DNA from: an uncultured virus (IMG/VR IMGVR_UViG_3300038428_000220)
Lineage: Duplodnaviria > Heunggongvirae > Uroviricota > Caudoviricetes
DNA: 64,000 nucleotides
Virus record (IMG/VR): IMGVR_UViG_3300038428_000220
Direction: 5' to 3' (one strand)
Both the position numbers and the translations under genes were made by a program. Below the pieces are notes generated by a model. The model was given only the letters and a program-made list of their open reading frames with translations. It searched no databases and was not told the origin of the DNA. Shown here piece by piece: positions 37,627 to 47,250 of this stretch (position 1 is the stretch's first letter; each line of letters opens with the position of its first letter).

Positions 37627-38078
37627 CGCACACCCTTCGGCGTGAGCAATGACACCGCCAGCTGGCCGAAGAACAATTCAAGTTGCGGGCCAGATCGCGA
37701 TGCCGCCAAACCAATAAAGGGCCGCGGCGGGATGCTGCCGGTCGGCTTAAGTGTTCCGAATTCTTGCCAGAAAGCTATTTTGCTGGTCGACCCGACGGCG
37801 CCAACGGACCCAACGGCATAGAAGCCGATTGACTCGCGCATTTCGCCGGTGCGCAGCAGTGGGTCAGTAGCGCTGATCCTGCCGAGATATCCGAGTTTTT
37901 GCTTTTCCGCGATCGTGCTGTCGGCCAGCGGTGCCCAACCTGGCATTTCGTGGCCGATATAGCTTTTAGCTTCTAGCGCAACGGATTCCACAACCGACCG
38001 CAGGGCAGTCGTGACACCCGTGCGGCTCTCACCAACCGCGCGCTCCATTAGATTTGAAAATTGTTTGAACGACAGCAT
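37623..38078 (-). CDS. HK97 gp10-like / virion morphogenesis protein
   Basis: WAPLADST, PLLRTGEMRESI, QEFGT...IPPRPFIG. Confidence 0.8.
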   Translation of the reverse strand: MLSFKQFSNLMERAVGESRTGVTTALRSVVESVALEAKSYIGHEMPGWAPLADSTIAEKQKLGYLGRISATDPLLRTGEMRESIGFYAVGSVGAVGSTSKIAFWQEFGTLKPTGSIPPRPFIGLAASRSGPQLELFFGQLAVSLLTPKGVR

Positions 38079-38081
38079 GGT

Positions 38082-38261
38082 CTAGCCCTGCCCCGGGAAC
38101 TTGACCCGGCCCGTGGCCCAATTGACCGCGCCGCCCTCCAGCTGCTGGGCGCAATACAGGAACGCCTTGCGTTCTATCGCGCCCATCGCCCGTGCCTCTG
38201 CCCACGATACGTGCCCGCCTGTCGCGCGCACGCATTCCCTAAAGTCAGGGTCCTCGCAGAT
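38082..38261 (-). CDS. frameshift-accessed second frame of the tail assembly chaperone
   Basis: ICEDPDFRECV...SWAEARAM...ERKAFLY...EGG.VNWATG begins at the A9 run, with no obvious RBS/start. Confidence 0.65.
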   Translation of the reverse strand: MCEDPDFRECVRATGGHVSWAEARAMGAIERKAFLYCAQQLEGGAVNWATGRVKFPGQG

Positions 38262-38829
38262 TTTTTTTTACAATCTGCAGCTCTTTCAGTTTCACCGCCG
38301 GCCAGTACTCGCTCAGCACGTAGGCTAAGACGTCCAGCGAATTGTCCCCCAGCAGGTTGGCGACTTTTTGCACATCGACCCGGCTGGTAATCGGCGGCGG
38401 CTTCTGGCCGTCAATTGAGCGCACGCTGATGCAGCAGCGTGCAATCAAGTCGAGCGCGTCGCTGGGCGGCTGGCCGGCCATCAGGATGGCGACGCGCGCG
38501 GTCAGCGACACGCCGGCGGGCGGCCCAAACACCACGTCGCGGCCGTCCGGCAGCTTCAACTCAATCGTTTCGATATCTTCGCGCGGCTTGACCACGTCGG
38601 CCGGGTCGGACTGTGTGCCCTGTTCCTCGGCCGCATGCTCGTCGTGCTGCTGCTGATGCAACGCAGCCGTGCGCTCGGGCGACGGCACTGGCCGTCGATT
38701 GCGCGGTGCCGCCTGTCGCGCTGCCACGGGTTTTTGTCCCGCTACCGCAGCCGCGATCTCTGGCGGTATTGCGCCGCCGGTCGGCGCCTTTATGGCGCCC
38801 GTGCTGAGGGTAAGCTCTGGTGATCCCAT
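38245..38829 (-). CDS. tail assembly chaperone
   Basis: Between tube and tape measure genes; ends on slippery GTAAAAAAAAAT. Confidence 0.75.
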   Translation of the reverse strand: MGSPELTLSTGAIKAPTGGAIPPEIAAAVAGQKPVAARQAAPRNRRPVPSPERTAALHQQQHDEHAAEEQGTQSDPADVVKPREDIETIELKLPDGRDVVFGPPAGVSLTARVAILMAGQPPSDALDLIARCCISVRSIDGQKPPPITSRVDVQKVANLLGDNSLDVLAYVLSEYWPAVKLKELQIVKKNLRGP

Positions 38830-38854
38830 GGGGGTGGGGCTCCTTGGTTAAGAT

Positions 38855-39352
38855 TTACGCGGCGGCTGCAAGCGCCGTCAGGAAGGGCGCGCCGCCGCCG
38901 GTCCCGACGCATTGCGCCCAGGCGAAGGCGAGCGACTGGTCGACCTCCTTCATGCCTTTGTAATTGCCGAATGTCGGCTTGTTGAATTGCACGCCGGTGT
39001 ACAGGTACTCGTCCACCGTGCCGTCGCGATTCAGTATGTTGATCGACAGCGAGAATTGCGGGATGACGCCGCGGCGGTGATACGCGTCCATCAGGTCGAG
39101 TATCATTTGCTGCAGGTTGCCGTTGGCGCGCGCGAAGGTGAAGCGGCCGGTGCCACCGTGCCAGGTGACCTGGTGCACCGGTATGCCGCCATTGTCGATC
39201 GGCACAATAGTAATCAGCGTGTCGACCGCCTCGGTGTCAATGTCCATGACGCGCCCGAGGTCGGACAGCGGGAACTGGTCGCCGTAGTCATCTTGGACGA
39301 TGCACGACGCATCGGTGCCAACCGAGAATCCATTAACGGTTACAGCTACCAT
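38855..39352 (-). CDS. tail tube protein
   Basis: Follows the sheath gene; NGFSVGTD, NRDGTVDEYLYTGV. Confidence 0.8.
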   Translation of the reverse strand: MVAVTVNGFSVGTDASCIVQDDYGDQFPLSDLGRVMDIDTEAVDTLITIVPIDNGGIPVHQVTWHGGTGRFTFARANGNLQQMILDLMDAYHRRGVIPQFSLSINILNRDGTVDEYLYTGVQFNKPTFGNYKGMKEVDQSLAFAWAQCVGTGGGAPFLTALAAAA

Positions 39353-39391
39353 GACTTAGTCTCCTTTGGCTGATCGGTGACGCGTATCTCG

Positions 39392-41335
39392 TTAGTTGCT
39401 AGGCGGCGATTGCCCCGGTGTAGCGCCAACGGTCACTACAGTCGTGCCCCCTTGAAGGGTGAGAATAAAGAACCGCACGCTGGACAGATAGCGCACGCGC
39501 ACCAGCACATAGCAGTAATGCTGCGCAACGCTTGTCGGCGTGTTGACGCCCTGGCCCGCGACTGCGTTCTGGCTGGCGTCGAAAGTACAGACCACCGCAA
39601 AGTCGTCGATCTGCCCCACGGTCCCGTTCGCCCCCTTGAGGCCTTGCAGGAAGGTGTTGAGCTGCAGTTTGACCGCATTGCGGAACGGGTCGTTGGGCTG
39701 CTGACTCTGCAGCTGGTCGACGAACACGCCCATGGCGGCCTGGAAACTGCGCGCCAGCCAGCAGGTCATGCGCCAGTATTCGAACGGCTGCGTGACGCGC
39801 GTGAGCGACGTCGTCTGGCCGTGCCGTATGCCGAACACCGCGCCTGCCGGAATCGGGTTGGCAATGAACATGACGCCGGCGCTGGCCAGCTGCCCGACCT
39901 CGGATTCGCTATACGGCACATTGCCCGTGGTCGGATTGTTGCGCTCGGTGCCGACCACCAGCGCGACCTGCTTATTGCCGGGCGACTGCGCCGGCGGCAG
40001 CGTGGTGATATAGCCGCCGATGTACGCGTTGGGCGACACCAGGCGCGTGATCGCATTGACCGGGTCGTAAAAGTACACCCAATCCTTAGTCCAGGCGAAA
40101 GCCGGGTCGTGCACGGCGACGGCCGACACTTGCGCGAGCGCGGCCGCGGTGGTGGTGCCCAGCGCCATGGCCTGCAGCAGGCTGCAGCCATTAACCTGCG
40201 CGAACTGCAGCAGCGTCGGGGAAATGGTTATGTCGGTGCAGCCGACCAGCCAGACGACGCCGACTGCCGGGTTTTGGCTTTGCAGCGCGTACAGCCCGGT
40301 GGGCGGAATCACGCTGTTGCTGCCCAGCAGCGTTGCGGTGACGACGCCGGCGCGGCCGTCGGTGCCGCCGCTGAATGCGTAAGTACCGGGTGTCGGCGCC
40401 CCGACCGCCTGGTTATAGGCGCCAGCGGCAACGATTGCGGACGGCCCCTGGAAACCGGATATGCCGTTGGTGACGGCGGACGCGAGCGCTTTCCAGAATC
40501 CGGCCGCGGGGATATTCGCGTACAGCTCCTGCTGGCCGGTGGTCGGCAGGAAAATCCCCACATTGAACGTATTGGTGGCCGCGCCGGCGCTGATCTGCAC
40601 CTGGATGGCATTGCCGACCACGCCGGTAAAAATGCCCTTGAGCGTAATGCCGGTGCCGGACGCCGCCGCGGTGCCAAGCGTTGCCGTCGCGCTCGAGCCG
40701 CTGGTGCGGGTGTACGTGACCTGCGGCGACAGGGTGGTCGGCTGGTAGATCGAGCAGACCACGCCGGTGCTGCTGGCGAACAGGCCGGCCGCGCTAATGA
40801 CGGCGTTGGCATTGACCGCGGTGGCCAGCTTGGCGGCGAGCGACGTCAAGGTGTCGCCGCTGACCACGGGGATGGTCAGCGTGATCGGCGAGCCCGTTAG
40901 GACGCTGGACGTGAAAGTGACAGAGAACGAATCACCCGAGACTGCCGAGCCGGTGAGCGTGACGGTTTCGGCGCCCGACGTGAGCGCGCCCGACAGCGGG
41001 CCCGACGCCGCGGTGTCGTTGCCGTCGGTGACGCGCACCGCCCAGCCCTCATTGTTCAAACCGCTGGCCTGGCCAAACGCAATCGCCAGGTCGGTCGCGA
41101 TATCGTACGGGTCGGTGAGCGACGCGGCGCTGATCGGGCCGAAGGTCTGCAAAGCGTCAAACGGCGAGCCCAGGTGCTGGGCTTTGTTGACCGCGCCCCA
41201 GCTGGCGGTGCCGACCAGACCGAACACGTCGGTGGGCACCCCGCTGATATAGCCGGGCGGGTTTTGGATCGCGATGTACAGGTCGTCGGCGGTCAGTGAC
41301 GCAGGATTGAAGTTTGCGGCTGGAACGATTGGCAT
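39392..41335 (-). CDS. tail sheath protein
   Basis: GLVGTASWG, VRVTDG.D, FSGGTDG, VRVRYLSSVRFF. Confidence 0.9.
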   Translation of the reverse strand: MPIVPAANFNPASLTADDLYIAIQNPPGYISGVPTDVFGLVGTASWGAVNKAQHLGSPFDALQTFGPISAASLTDPYDIATDLAIAFGQASGLNNEGWAVRVTDGNDTAASGPLSGALTSGAETVTLTGSAVSGDSFSVTFTSSVLTGSPITLTIPVVSGDTLTSLAAKLATAVNANAVISAAGLFASSTGVVCSIYQPTTLSPQVTYTRTSGSSATATLGTAAASGTGITLKGIFTGVVGNAIQVQISAGAATNTFNVGIFLPTTGQQELYANIPAAGFWKALASAVTNGISGFQGPSAIVAAGAYNQAVGAPTPGTYAFSGGTDGRAGVVTATLLGSNSVIPPTGLYALQSQNPAVGVVWLVGCTDITISPTLLQFAQVNGCSLLQAMALGTTTAAALAQVSAVAVHDPAFAWTKDWVYFYDPVNAITRLVSPNAYIGGYITTLPPAQSPGNKQVALVVGTERNNPTTGNVPYSESEVGQLASAGVMFIANPIPAGAVFGIRHGQTTSLTRVTQPFEYWRMTCWLARSFQAAMGVFVDQLQSQQPNDPFRNAVKLQLNTFLQGLKGANGTVGQIDDFAVVCTFDASQNAVAGQGVNTPTSVAQHYCYVLVRVRYLSSVRFFILTLQGGTTVVTVGATPGQSPPSN

Positions 41336-41349
41336 TGTGAGTCCCCCGT

Positions 41350-42228
41350 CTAGCTTTCCAGAACTGCGTAAGCCGGCACCAGCGCCAGCACGGCGTACAG
41401 CACGTCCTGCGTCGTGATTGGATACTCCAATCGCGTCAGGAAGTCATGCCGATAAACGTCCTCGAGCGTGTCGTCCTCGATCGCATAATCGTTTTCCATG
41501 GTCAGGCGCGCCTGGGTGACGCCGTCGGCCAGCGTCGGCCCGAAATTGTCCTGCAGGCTGCCCAGCAGCGTGGTGATGGGCGACACCGCAATGGCGCGCG
41601 CGGGCTGTGTTTGGGTCCAGACCGTGATTTGCAACTGTGATTCGCGCCGCCCCAGCTCGCGTACCTGCGTGCCGCCGTTGCCGGTATAGCTTTGCAACGC
41701 CACCGGGCCGGCGGTCAGGTTGTTGAGGTGGACCGTCGCGCCCGTCGTGGTGGCGAGCAACCAGGTCGACAGCGTCGGGTCGGCGTTGATAAGCCCGGCC
41801 AGCCGGGTCGCCATGCTGCCAGGGGTGTCGCCGCTGACGGCGATTGCGACCACGGCCGCGGTTTTGTTGGGCGCGTTGGACTGCGGGGCCCTGGCGATCA
41901 GCGACACCGCGTCGCCGGCCGACACCGGGCCGCCCAGCGTCAGCGAGCCCGAATGAGTCGGCGGCAGCGTCGCCGGCGGATTGACCACGCTGGTGAGCGT
42001 CGCCGGCGTCACGATCCGGTTATAGGGGAAGGACGACCAGCGTGTGGTGTTGCGCCCCACCTTGCGGTCGTACACGCTTATCAGCGTGCCGCCGTTGCGC
42101 GCCAGGTTCTGCAGCGCCGTCACCGGCGGCCAGCCGACAGCGCACTGAATCGGTGCCAGCGCAATACCGGTCACGGCAGCCGTCACCTGCTTCTGTAAAG
42201 CCGCCATGACGTCGTAAATCGTGGTCAT
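41350..42228 (-). CDS. tail completion/terminator-like protein
   Basis: GWP, QITVW, YRHD...EY; position before the sheath gene. Confidence 0.6.
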   Translation of the reverse strand: MTTIYDVMAALQKQVTAAVTGIALAPIQCAVGWPPVTALQNLARNGGTLISVYDRKVGRNTTRWSSFPYNRIVTPATLTSVVNPPATLPPTHSGSLTLGGPVSAGDAVSLIARAPQSNAPNKTAAVVAIAVSGDTPGSMATRLAGLINADPTLSTWLLATTTGATVHLNNLTAGPVALQSYTGNGGTQVRELGRRESQLQITVWTQTQPARAIAVSPITTLLGSLQDNFGPTLADGVTQARLTMENDYAIEDDTLEDVYRHDFLTRLEYPITTQDVLYAVLALVPAYAVLES

Positions 42229-43028
42229 GGCTGGGCCACCTTGCGGTCGCACAGCAGCTGGTAGCCGACCACGCCCGCCAGCTGCTCGTACGGACTGACC
42301 ACGACATAGCGCGCGCCGTTCTGGTCAATGATCGCGTCGCCCTCGCGCGGCAGATAGCCGGGCAGCGGCGGCACGTAGAAAAACCAGTGCGTCGGCTTAA
42401 GCATGCCGGGCACACCGGGGCCGAAGATCGCTTCCCCCCGCCGGTGCGCACTGCCGATTCCGGCCGGCACCAGCGAAGCGCCCCCGGCCCCGGCACTCCC
42501 GAAGGCGAACGAGCCGCCCGCGAGGACCAATGGCTGGTCGTTGTCGTGTGTGCTTTCCCAGTATTGCGACCCGTCGCCCTGGACAGCCGGCGCGACGGCA
42601 GGCCGGTAAATCGTGACCAGGCGGTTAATCGTGCCGCCGACCGCCTTATTGACCGGCGGGTGCCAGGCCAGGCACATGCCGTTGAGCTCAATCGTGCCCG
42701 GTATGCTGGTCGCGCCGGCGCCGTAGCTGACGCCAGGCACATAGGCCGGGTCGTTGAGCAGGAAAATATCGCCCAGCACGAACGGGTCCATGTTGGCGAC
42801 AATGTCGATCCACTGCGTGGTGTTCTTGAGCCCGGTCAGTATTTTGGTTTCGCCGGTTATCTTGCGATAAAACAGCGGGAAGTTGCTCGCCACCTTGGCC
42901 CAACCGCCGGGGAAGTCGCCGGCCGAAGATCCAATAATCCGGAACGCGTTGTAGGGCGGCCCAAGCTTCCGCGCCGCGATGCCCTTGCCGCGGTCAATCT
43001 TACTTTGTACTGTCGCATAGCTAACCAT
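42225..43028 (-). CDS. head closure/neck protein
   Basis: KIDRGKGIAARKLG, GDAIIDQNGARYVV; gene position. Confidence 0.6.
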   Translation of the reverse strand: MVSYATVQSKIDRGKGIAARKLGPPYNAFRIIGSSAGDFPGGWAKVASNFPLFYRKITGETKILTGLKNTTQWIDIVANMDPFVLGDIFLLNDPAYVPGVSYGAGATSIPGTIELNGMCLAWHPPVNKAVGGTINRLVTIYRPAVAPAVQGDGSQYWESTHDNDQPLVLAGGSFAFGSAGAGGASLVPAGIGSAHRRGEAIFGPGVPGMLKPTHWFFYVPPLPGYLPREGDAIIDQNGARYVVVSPYEQLAGVVGYQLLCDRKVAQP

Positions 43029-43569
43029 GGCGGGCCCCGCGATGCCGCGACCACAAAGACGGACAGAATTGTCGGCTGATTATATTCGTTCGATTTTGGC
43101 CTACGACCCGCTCACCGGCGAGTTTCGATGGCGCCATAGAGATGATCGCCCAAAATGGTGGAATACGCATTATGCTGGCAAGATAGCTGGAACGATCGAT
43201 GCCAATGGCTACCGGAGAATCTGCATCGACAACGGTTGCCGACACCTTGGCCAAAGACTCGCTTGGCTGATTATGACGGCGTTGTGGCCAATAAATGAAA
43301 TTGACCACAAAAACACGGATAACGGCGACAACCGCTGGGACAATTTGCGCGAGGCGACGGAAGCCCAAAATAAAAGAAACAGACGCATGTTGGTTCGAAA
43401 TGCGTCCGGGCTCAAAGGTGTTTGTGCACATAAAGGCAAGTGGCAGGCGACAATCTATGCCGAAGGCATCAATTACTACCTCGGTCGCTTCGACACACCA
43501 AAAGCCGCGCACAACGCTTATTGTGCAGCAGCAAAACAGCTGCATGGCGAATTTGCACGCACTGCCTAA
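43027..43569 (+). CDS. HNH-AP2 homing endonuclease
   Basis: YDPLTGEFRW, IDHKNTDNGDNRWDNLR, SGLKGV...YLGRFDT..AAHNAY. Confidence 0.92.
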   Translation: MAGPAMPRPQRRTELSADYIRSILAYDPLTGEFRWRHRDDRPKWWNTHYAGKIAGTIDANGYRRICIDNGCRHLGQRLAWLIMTALWPINEIDHKNTDNGDNRWDNLREATEAQNKRNRRMLVRNASGLKGVCAHKGKWQATIYAEGINYYLGRFDTPKAAHNAYCAAAKQLHGEFARTA

Positions 43570-43573
43570 CCAT

Positions 43574-44392
43574 CTATACATACGAAATGGCTCCCGTGCG
43601 CTGAGGTTGCTGACGCATATCCTTGTTCATCGGCGTGCCGAGGAAATCAGACAGCATTTGCCGCCAGTTTTCGTATAGGCTGCGGCGCTGCCCGGCCTCG
43701 TTGCTGCGGCCTTTCCAGACGTCGGCCTTGATCGTGTCGAGGTTTTGCGACGTGCTGGCATAGGCGTTCTCGAGCCCGTTCAAGATCGGGATATAGCCCC
43801 AGATCGTCGTGACGCCGTCCAGGCTGGTGTTGGGGTTGAGCTGCACGCCGGTTGCGGTCAGCTGCGGCGCCACCGCGCCAGTCCCGCTGCAGGTCAGCGT
43901 GAAATTGACCGGGCAGATAAACCCGACTTCCGGCACCGCGACGGCATTTTGCGAGAACGGGCCGGTGCCGTACGGCGACAGCCCCAGGATATTGGCGGCC
44001 TGCAGCGTCGCGTTGCGGTTGACGGCCGCGGTCAGCGCGTTGATCAGCGTAATGCGTGCGTCGTTGTCCGGCGGGTTGTTCAACGGTGCCGTGACGATCA
44101 CGCTGACCGGGCTGCCCAGCGGGCCGCCGCTGAATGTCGCCGTCAGGGTGTCGCCGGTGTTGGGCTGCGGGCCGGTCAGCGCGACGGCGCCATAGGCCAG
44201 ACCGGTCAGCCGGGCTTCCTCGTCCGGGTTTAGGTTGTTCATTTTGTATTCCAGGAAGCCGTAGGCCTGGAAAAACCGGTAACCGACCGCGCCCTGCGCC
44301 AGCGTGCCGCCGGCAGGCGATATGCGCAGCAGACCGGCGACCGGATAACCTAGATGGCGTCTTACGTCTGATTTTTGGGCTGCGGTCAGCAT
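43574..44392 (-). CDS. head-tail adaptor-like protein
   Basis: MLTAAQKSDVRRHLGYP, LEYKMNNL, NLDT.KADVW. Confidence 0.65.
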   Translation of the reverse strand: MLTAAQKSDVRRHLGYPVAGLLRISPAGGTLAQGAVGYRFFQAYGFLEYKMNNLNPDEEARLTGLAYGAVALTGPQPNTGDTLTATFSGGPLGSPVSVIVTAPLNNPPDNDARITLINALTAAVNRNATLQAANILGLSPYGTGPFSQNAVAVPEVGFICPVNFTLTCSGTGAVAPQLTATGVQLNPNTSLDGVTTIWGYIPILNGLENAYASTSQNLDTIKADVWKGRSNEAGQRRSLYENWRQMLSDFLGTPMNKDMRQQPQRTGAISYV

Positions 44393-44399
44393 GGGGCTG

Positions 44400-44810
44400 C
44401 TACCCCACGCGCTTTTTCTCGGCGCCCTGTCCCGGCAGCGGGAATACAGTCTTGCAATGCGGGCAGCACGCCATGCCGCCGGCCTGGCTGACCGGGCAAA
44501 TCGGCGCCTGGCTCGCCTTGAGCTGCTCAATCTGTGCGTGGTCGGTCAGTACCATGGTGCGCTTGAATTCGCCCACCACATTGCCCAGCAGGCATTTGAA
44601 GTCCTGCATGACCACATAGGGCTCGAACACCAGCGCGGCCGGCGCGCTTGGATGCACGACGACGTCGGCTGGCTTGTCCGGCGCGGCCGCGCGGACCTGC
44701 GCGGTGCCACAAGTCGGGCACGCGGCCTTCTTGTAATGCACCACGGCCCCGCACTGCGGGTTGGTGCATGGCCGGAAGCCGACCGGAAGTCTGGTCGCGT
44801 GGTCCGTCAT
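44400..44810 (-). CDS. zinc-ribbon hypothetical protein
   Basis: CTNPQC, CPTC, CPHC. Confidence 0.65.
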   Translation of the reverse strand: MTDHATRLPVGFRPCTNPQCGAVVHYKKAACPTCGTAQVRAAAPDKPADVVVHPSAPAALVFEPYVVMQDFKCLLGNVVGEFKRTMVLTDHAQIEQLKASQAPICPVSQAGGMACCPHCKTVFPLPGQGAEKKRVG

Positions 44811-46069
44811 ACGATCGGTTCCCCGCTTGCCACCAGCGCCAACAGCAGCTGGTAGTCGACAAAATACGGGTTGCCGTAGAAGAACGACCGCGCCTGGCCG
44901 TTATAGGCAAAGTCGAAATTGTTGGTGACCAGAATCGGGCCCGAGCCGTTGGCCAGCTTGCCGCTGTTGCTGAACGTCACGGTTTCGGTTTCGCCGTCGG
45001 TCGTCACGGCCGTGGTCGTCGGGTTGGCCGGCACGGTCAGTGACAGCGTGCCGGTGACGGATTCGCTGTAGCGCACCTGGCCAAAGCCGCCCGGGACCGT
45101 AATCGCGATGCTGCTGCCGGTGCGCAAGCCGGTAATGCCGGCCGCAGCCAGCACGGGGTCGCTGTTGATGGCCGCGGTCAGGCCTGCGGCCGCCAGGGCG
45201 GTCGTGATATCGGTCGGCAGCGTGATGTAGGACACGGCGTGCGGGCTGCCGGGCAGATTGGCCGCGGTGAACGTCACCGTCAGCGTGTCGGCTGCGTCAG
45301 GCGTGGCGCCGACAACGACGGCCGGCGACGTTTTGTTGACCCAGCTGGTGACCGTGTAGTCGCCCGCCGGCACGCCGCTGATTTTGACGGCGCCGCTTGT
45401 GTCGGTGCCGATAATGCCCAGGCCGGCCAGGGTCGGGTTGGCCGCAATCGCCGCCACCAGGGCGTCGCCCATGTTGGTCGCGCTTTGCCCGGTCGTCGGC
45501 GCGGTCTGAATCACAACGCCGCCGCCCAGGCCGGGGCCGGTAAACAGCACGTTGACCTGGTCGCCCGTCAGCGCGGTGCCACCCAGCGTCACGGTCGCGC
45601 CCTCGCCGACGGGCGACGTCAGCACGGACAGATTGCCCACCGGGCCGGCGTGCTTGAACGTAATCACGGCCTCGACGGCGTCGGCGCTGATATCGGCCTG
45701 CTGGGCGTTCAGGTTGTCGTTGAACAGCGTGGCCAGCTGCTCGGCGACCGCCACCAGGGTGTCGGTGCTGCTGACCAGATAGGTGACAGAGATTTTGGGC
45801 GGGCTAAGACCCTGCGCGGCCAGCGCGCCGTTGGTCAGGTCAATGGTGATTTCGTCGCCCGTGGTGATGGTGCCGCCGATAGTCGCGGTCGCGGTCGCGG
45901 CGACGCGCGGGTTGGCCGCCAAAAAGTCGGCCGGCGACTGATTGCCACCGCCGGTGCTGTTGAGGCCGACCACGGGGGTATCGAAATTAGGCAGCAGCGT
46001 CGGGCGACGCGGCTGCACGGTGCCGACCGGCAGACCAGAAGGCGGGATTTGATCGTTGTTCGCAACCAT
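44807..46069 (-). CDS. virion decoration-type protein with three repeated modules
   Basis: Thr/Gly/Ala-rich; three T.GGT...GD...(L)A.AIN repeats. Confidence 0.65.
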   Translation of the reverse strand: MVANNDQIPPSGLPVGTVQPRRPTLLPNFDTPVVGLNSTGGGNQSPADFLAANPRVAATATATIGGTITTGDEITIDLTNGALAAQGLSPPKISVTYLVSSTDTLVAVAEQLATLFNDNLNAQQADISADAVEAVITFKHAGPVGNLSVLTSPVGEGATVTLGGTALTGDQVNVLFTGPGLGGGVVIQTAPTTGQSATNMGDALVAAIAANPTLAGLGIIGTDTSGAVKISGVPAGDYTVTSWVNKTSPAVVVGATPDAADTLTVTFTAANLPGSPHAVSYITLPTDITTALAAAGLTAAINSDPVLAAAGITGLRTGSSIAITVPGGFGQVRYSESVTGTLSLTVPANPTTTAVTTDGETETVTFSNSGKLANGSGPILVTNNFDFAYNGQARSFFYGNPYFVDYQLLLALVASGEPIV

Positions 46070-46073
46070 GGCG

Positions 46074-46286
46074 TCAGCCCTTCTTGATCAGATTGCCGGC
46101 GTAGCGCGGCGTGGTCTTTTTCCCCATACGCACCCGCTCGGCTGCGCGCGTCATGCCCTGGCCACCGCTGACCTCTTTGTCCCAGTTGGGCGTGAAGCAC
46201 TCGGTGCCGCCGAACGCTGGACCGGAGAACACCGCCGTGGTGGTGCGCTTTGGCGGCGCTATCTCTTTGGCCGGCTTGCCCGCCAT
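46074..46286 (-). CDS. small basic protein
   Basis: Packed ORF. Confidence 0.55.
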   Translation of the reverse strand: MAGKPAKEIAPPKRTTTAVFSGPAFGGTECFTPNWDKEVSGGQGMTRAAERVRMGKKTTPRYAGNLIKKG

Positions 46287-46287
46287 G

Positions 46288-46938
46288 TCAGTTCAACCTT
46301 GCTCGTTCTCGGATTTCCGCAGCGCGATTTGGTACGAATTCCTCAAGCGTTTGATCGCGTTTACTCGAATTACACGGAATGCAGGCCGGAACGATATTGC
46401 CGACCTCTGTCTTTCCGTCACGCGACAGCGGCATCAGGTGTTCAAGGCTCAACTTAGTTTCGGTGCCACAATATGCGCATGCGTGGTCAAACTCTTTGAG
46501 AAGCGCGAGCCAGTCGGCGCGGGTGAACTTGCCTTCGATCTGCGTCGCAGCCTGAATCACTCCATCTTTGTACGTTTCGGCACGCAGAATAGCGCGTTTC
46601 AGACGCCAGCGATCACGCAGAATCGGGCGCTGTTCCGGTCGTTTTGTATAAGTACGCATGTAGGCAGCGTGCTTTGCTCGCGCAGTCGGCGTCTTGCTGC
46701 GGCGACGGGCGCCAGCATTGTCTCTCTCTAGATTTCGCAGACGCCATGTGGCCATGCGAATTGTTCCATCAGCTATGTCGCAAGATTTGCAAGATGAACG
46801 ATAACCGCTTGGATCCTTTTTTGTGATCTTGCGCCGATAGAAGTCTGTTAGTGGCTTTTCTTCACCGCATCCTGGACAGCATTTCTTGCCACTCGATAGA
46901 TCGAGAGCAGGCCGCCCAATTTTGCGGGAACAACCCAC
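46288..46938 (-). CDS. HNH endonuclease
   Basis: CPGCGEEKPLTDFY, CAYCG...EHLMPLSRDG...NIVPACIPCNSSK. Confidence 0.9.
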   Translation of the reverse strand: MGCSRKIGRPALDLSSGKKCCPGCGEEKPLTDFYRRKITKKDPSGYRSSCKSCDIADGTIRMATWRLRNLERDNAGARRRSKTPTARAKHAAYMRTYTKRPEQRPILRDRWRLKRAILRAETYKDGVIQAATQIEGKFTRADWLALLKEFDHACAYCGTETKLSLEHLMPLSRDGKTEVGNIVPACIPCNSSKRDQTLEEFVPNRAAEIRERARLN

Positions 46939-47157
46939 TCACGGACCTCCATATTTTTTCATCGGCTCCGTGTACTTTTCCGCGCTGCGGTCGCCCTCGT
47001 GCGCCATGCCGGGCGCAGTCTCAACTTTGCCGTCACCCGGCACGGTCATGGTCGGGCCGCCGCCGCGCTGTTGCTGCACGGAGATTTCCTCGGCGCCACG
47101 CCCTTTGCTGGACTGGCCCCTGAGGGACTTGGAGATATTCTTGCTGGGCGCCTTCAT
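46939..47157 (-). CDS. small hydrophilic protein
   Basis: AGGAG RBS; directly after the capsid gene. Confidence 0.6.
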   Translation of the reverse strand: MKAPSKNISKSLRGQSSKGRGAEEISVQQQRGGGPTMTVPGDGKVETAPGMAHEGDRSAEKYTEPMKKYGGP

Positions 47158-47250
47158 GCTTTCGCTCCTGGGTCAATCCGTCTGTCGTCTTAGGCGTCAG
47201 TCCCCCGGGGCGTCGCCGTCCCGGGGGTCGCCAGTTACCCCCGTAAGCCC

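Noticed and set aside
44338..44352. ACCGGATAA resembling the TIR core
   Set aside because: Unpaired and inside the LGYPV codons of the adaptor gene
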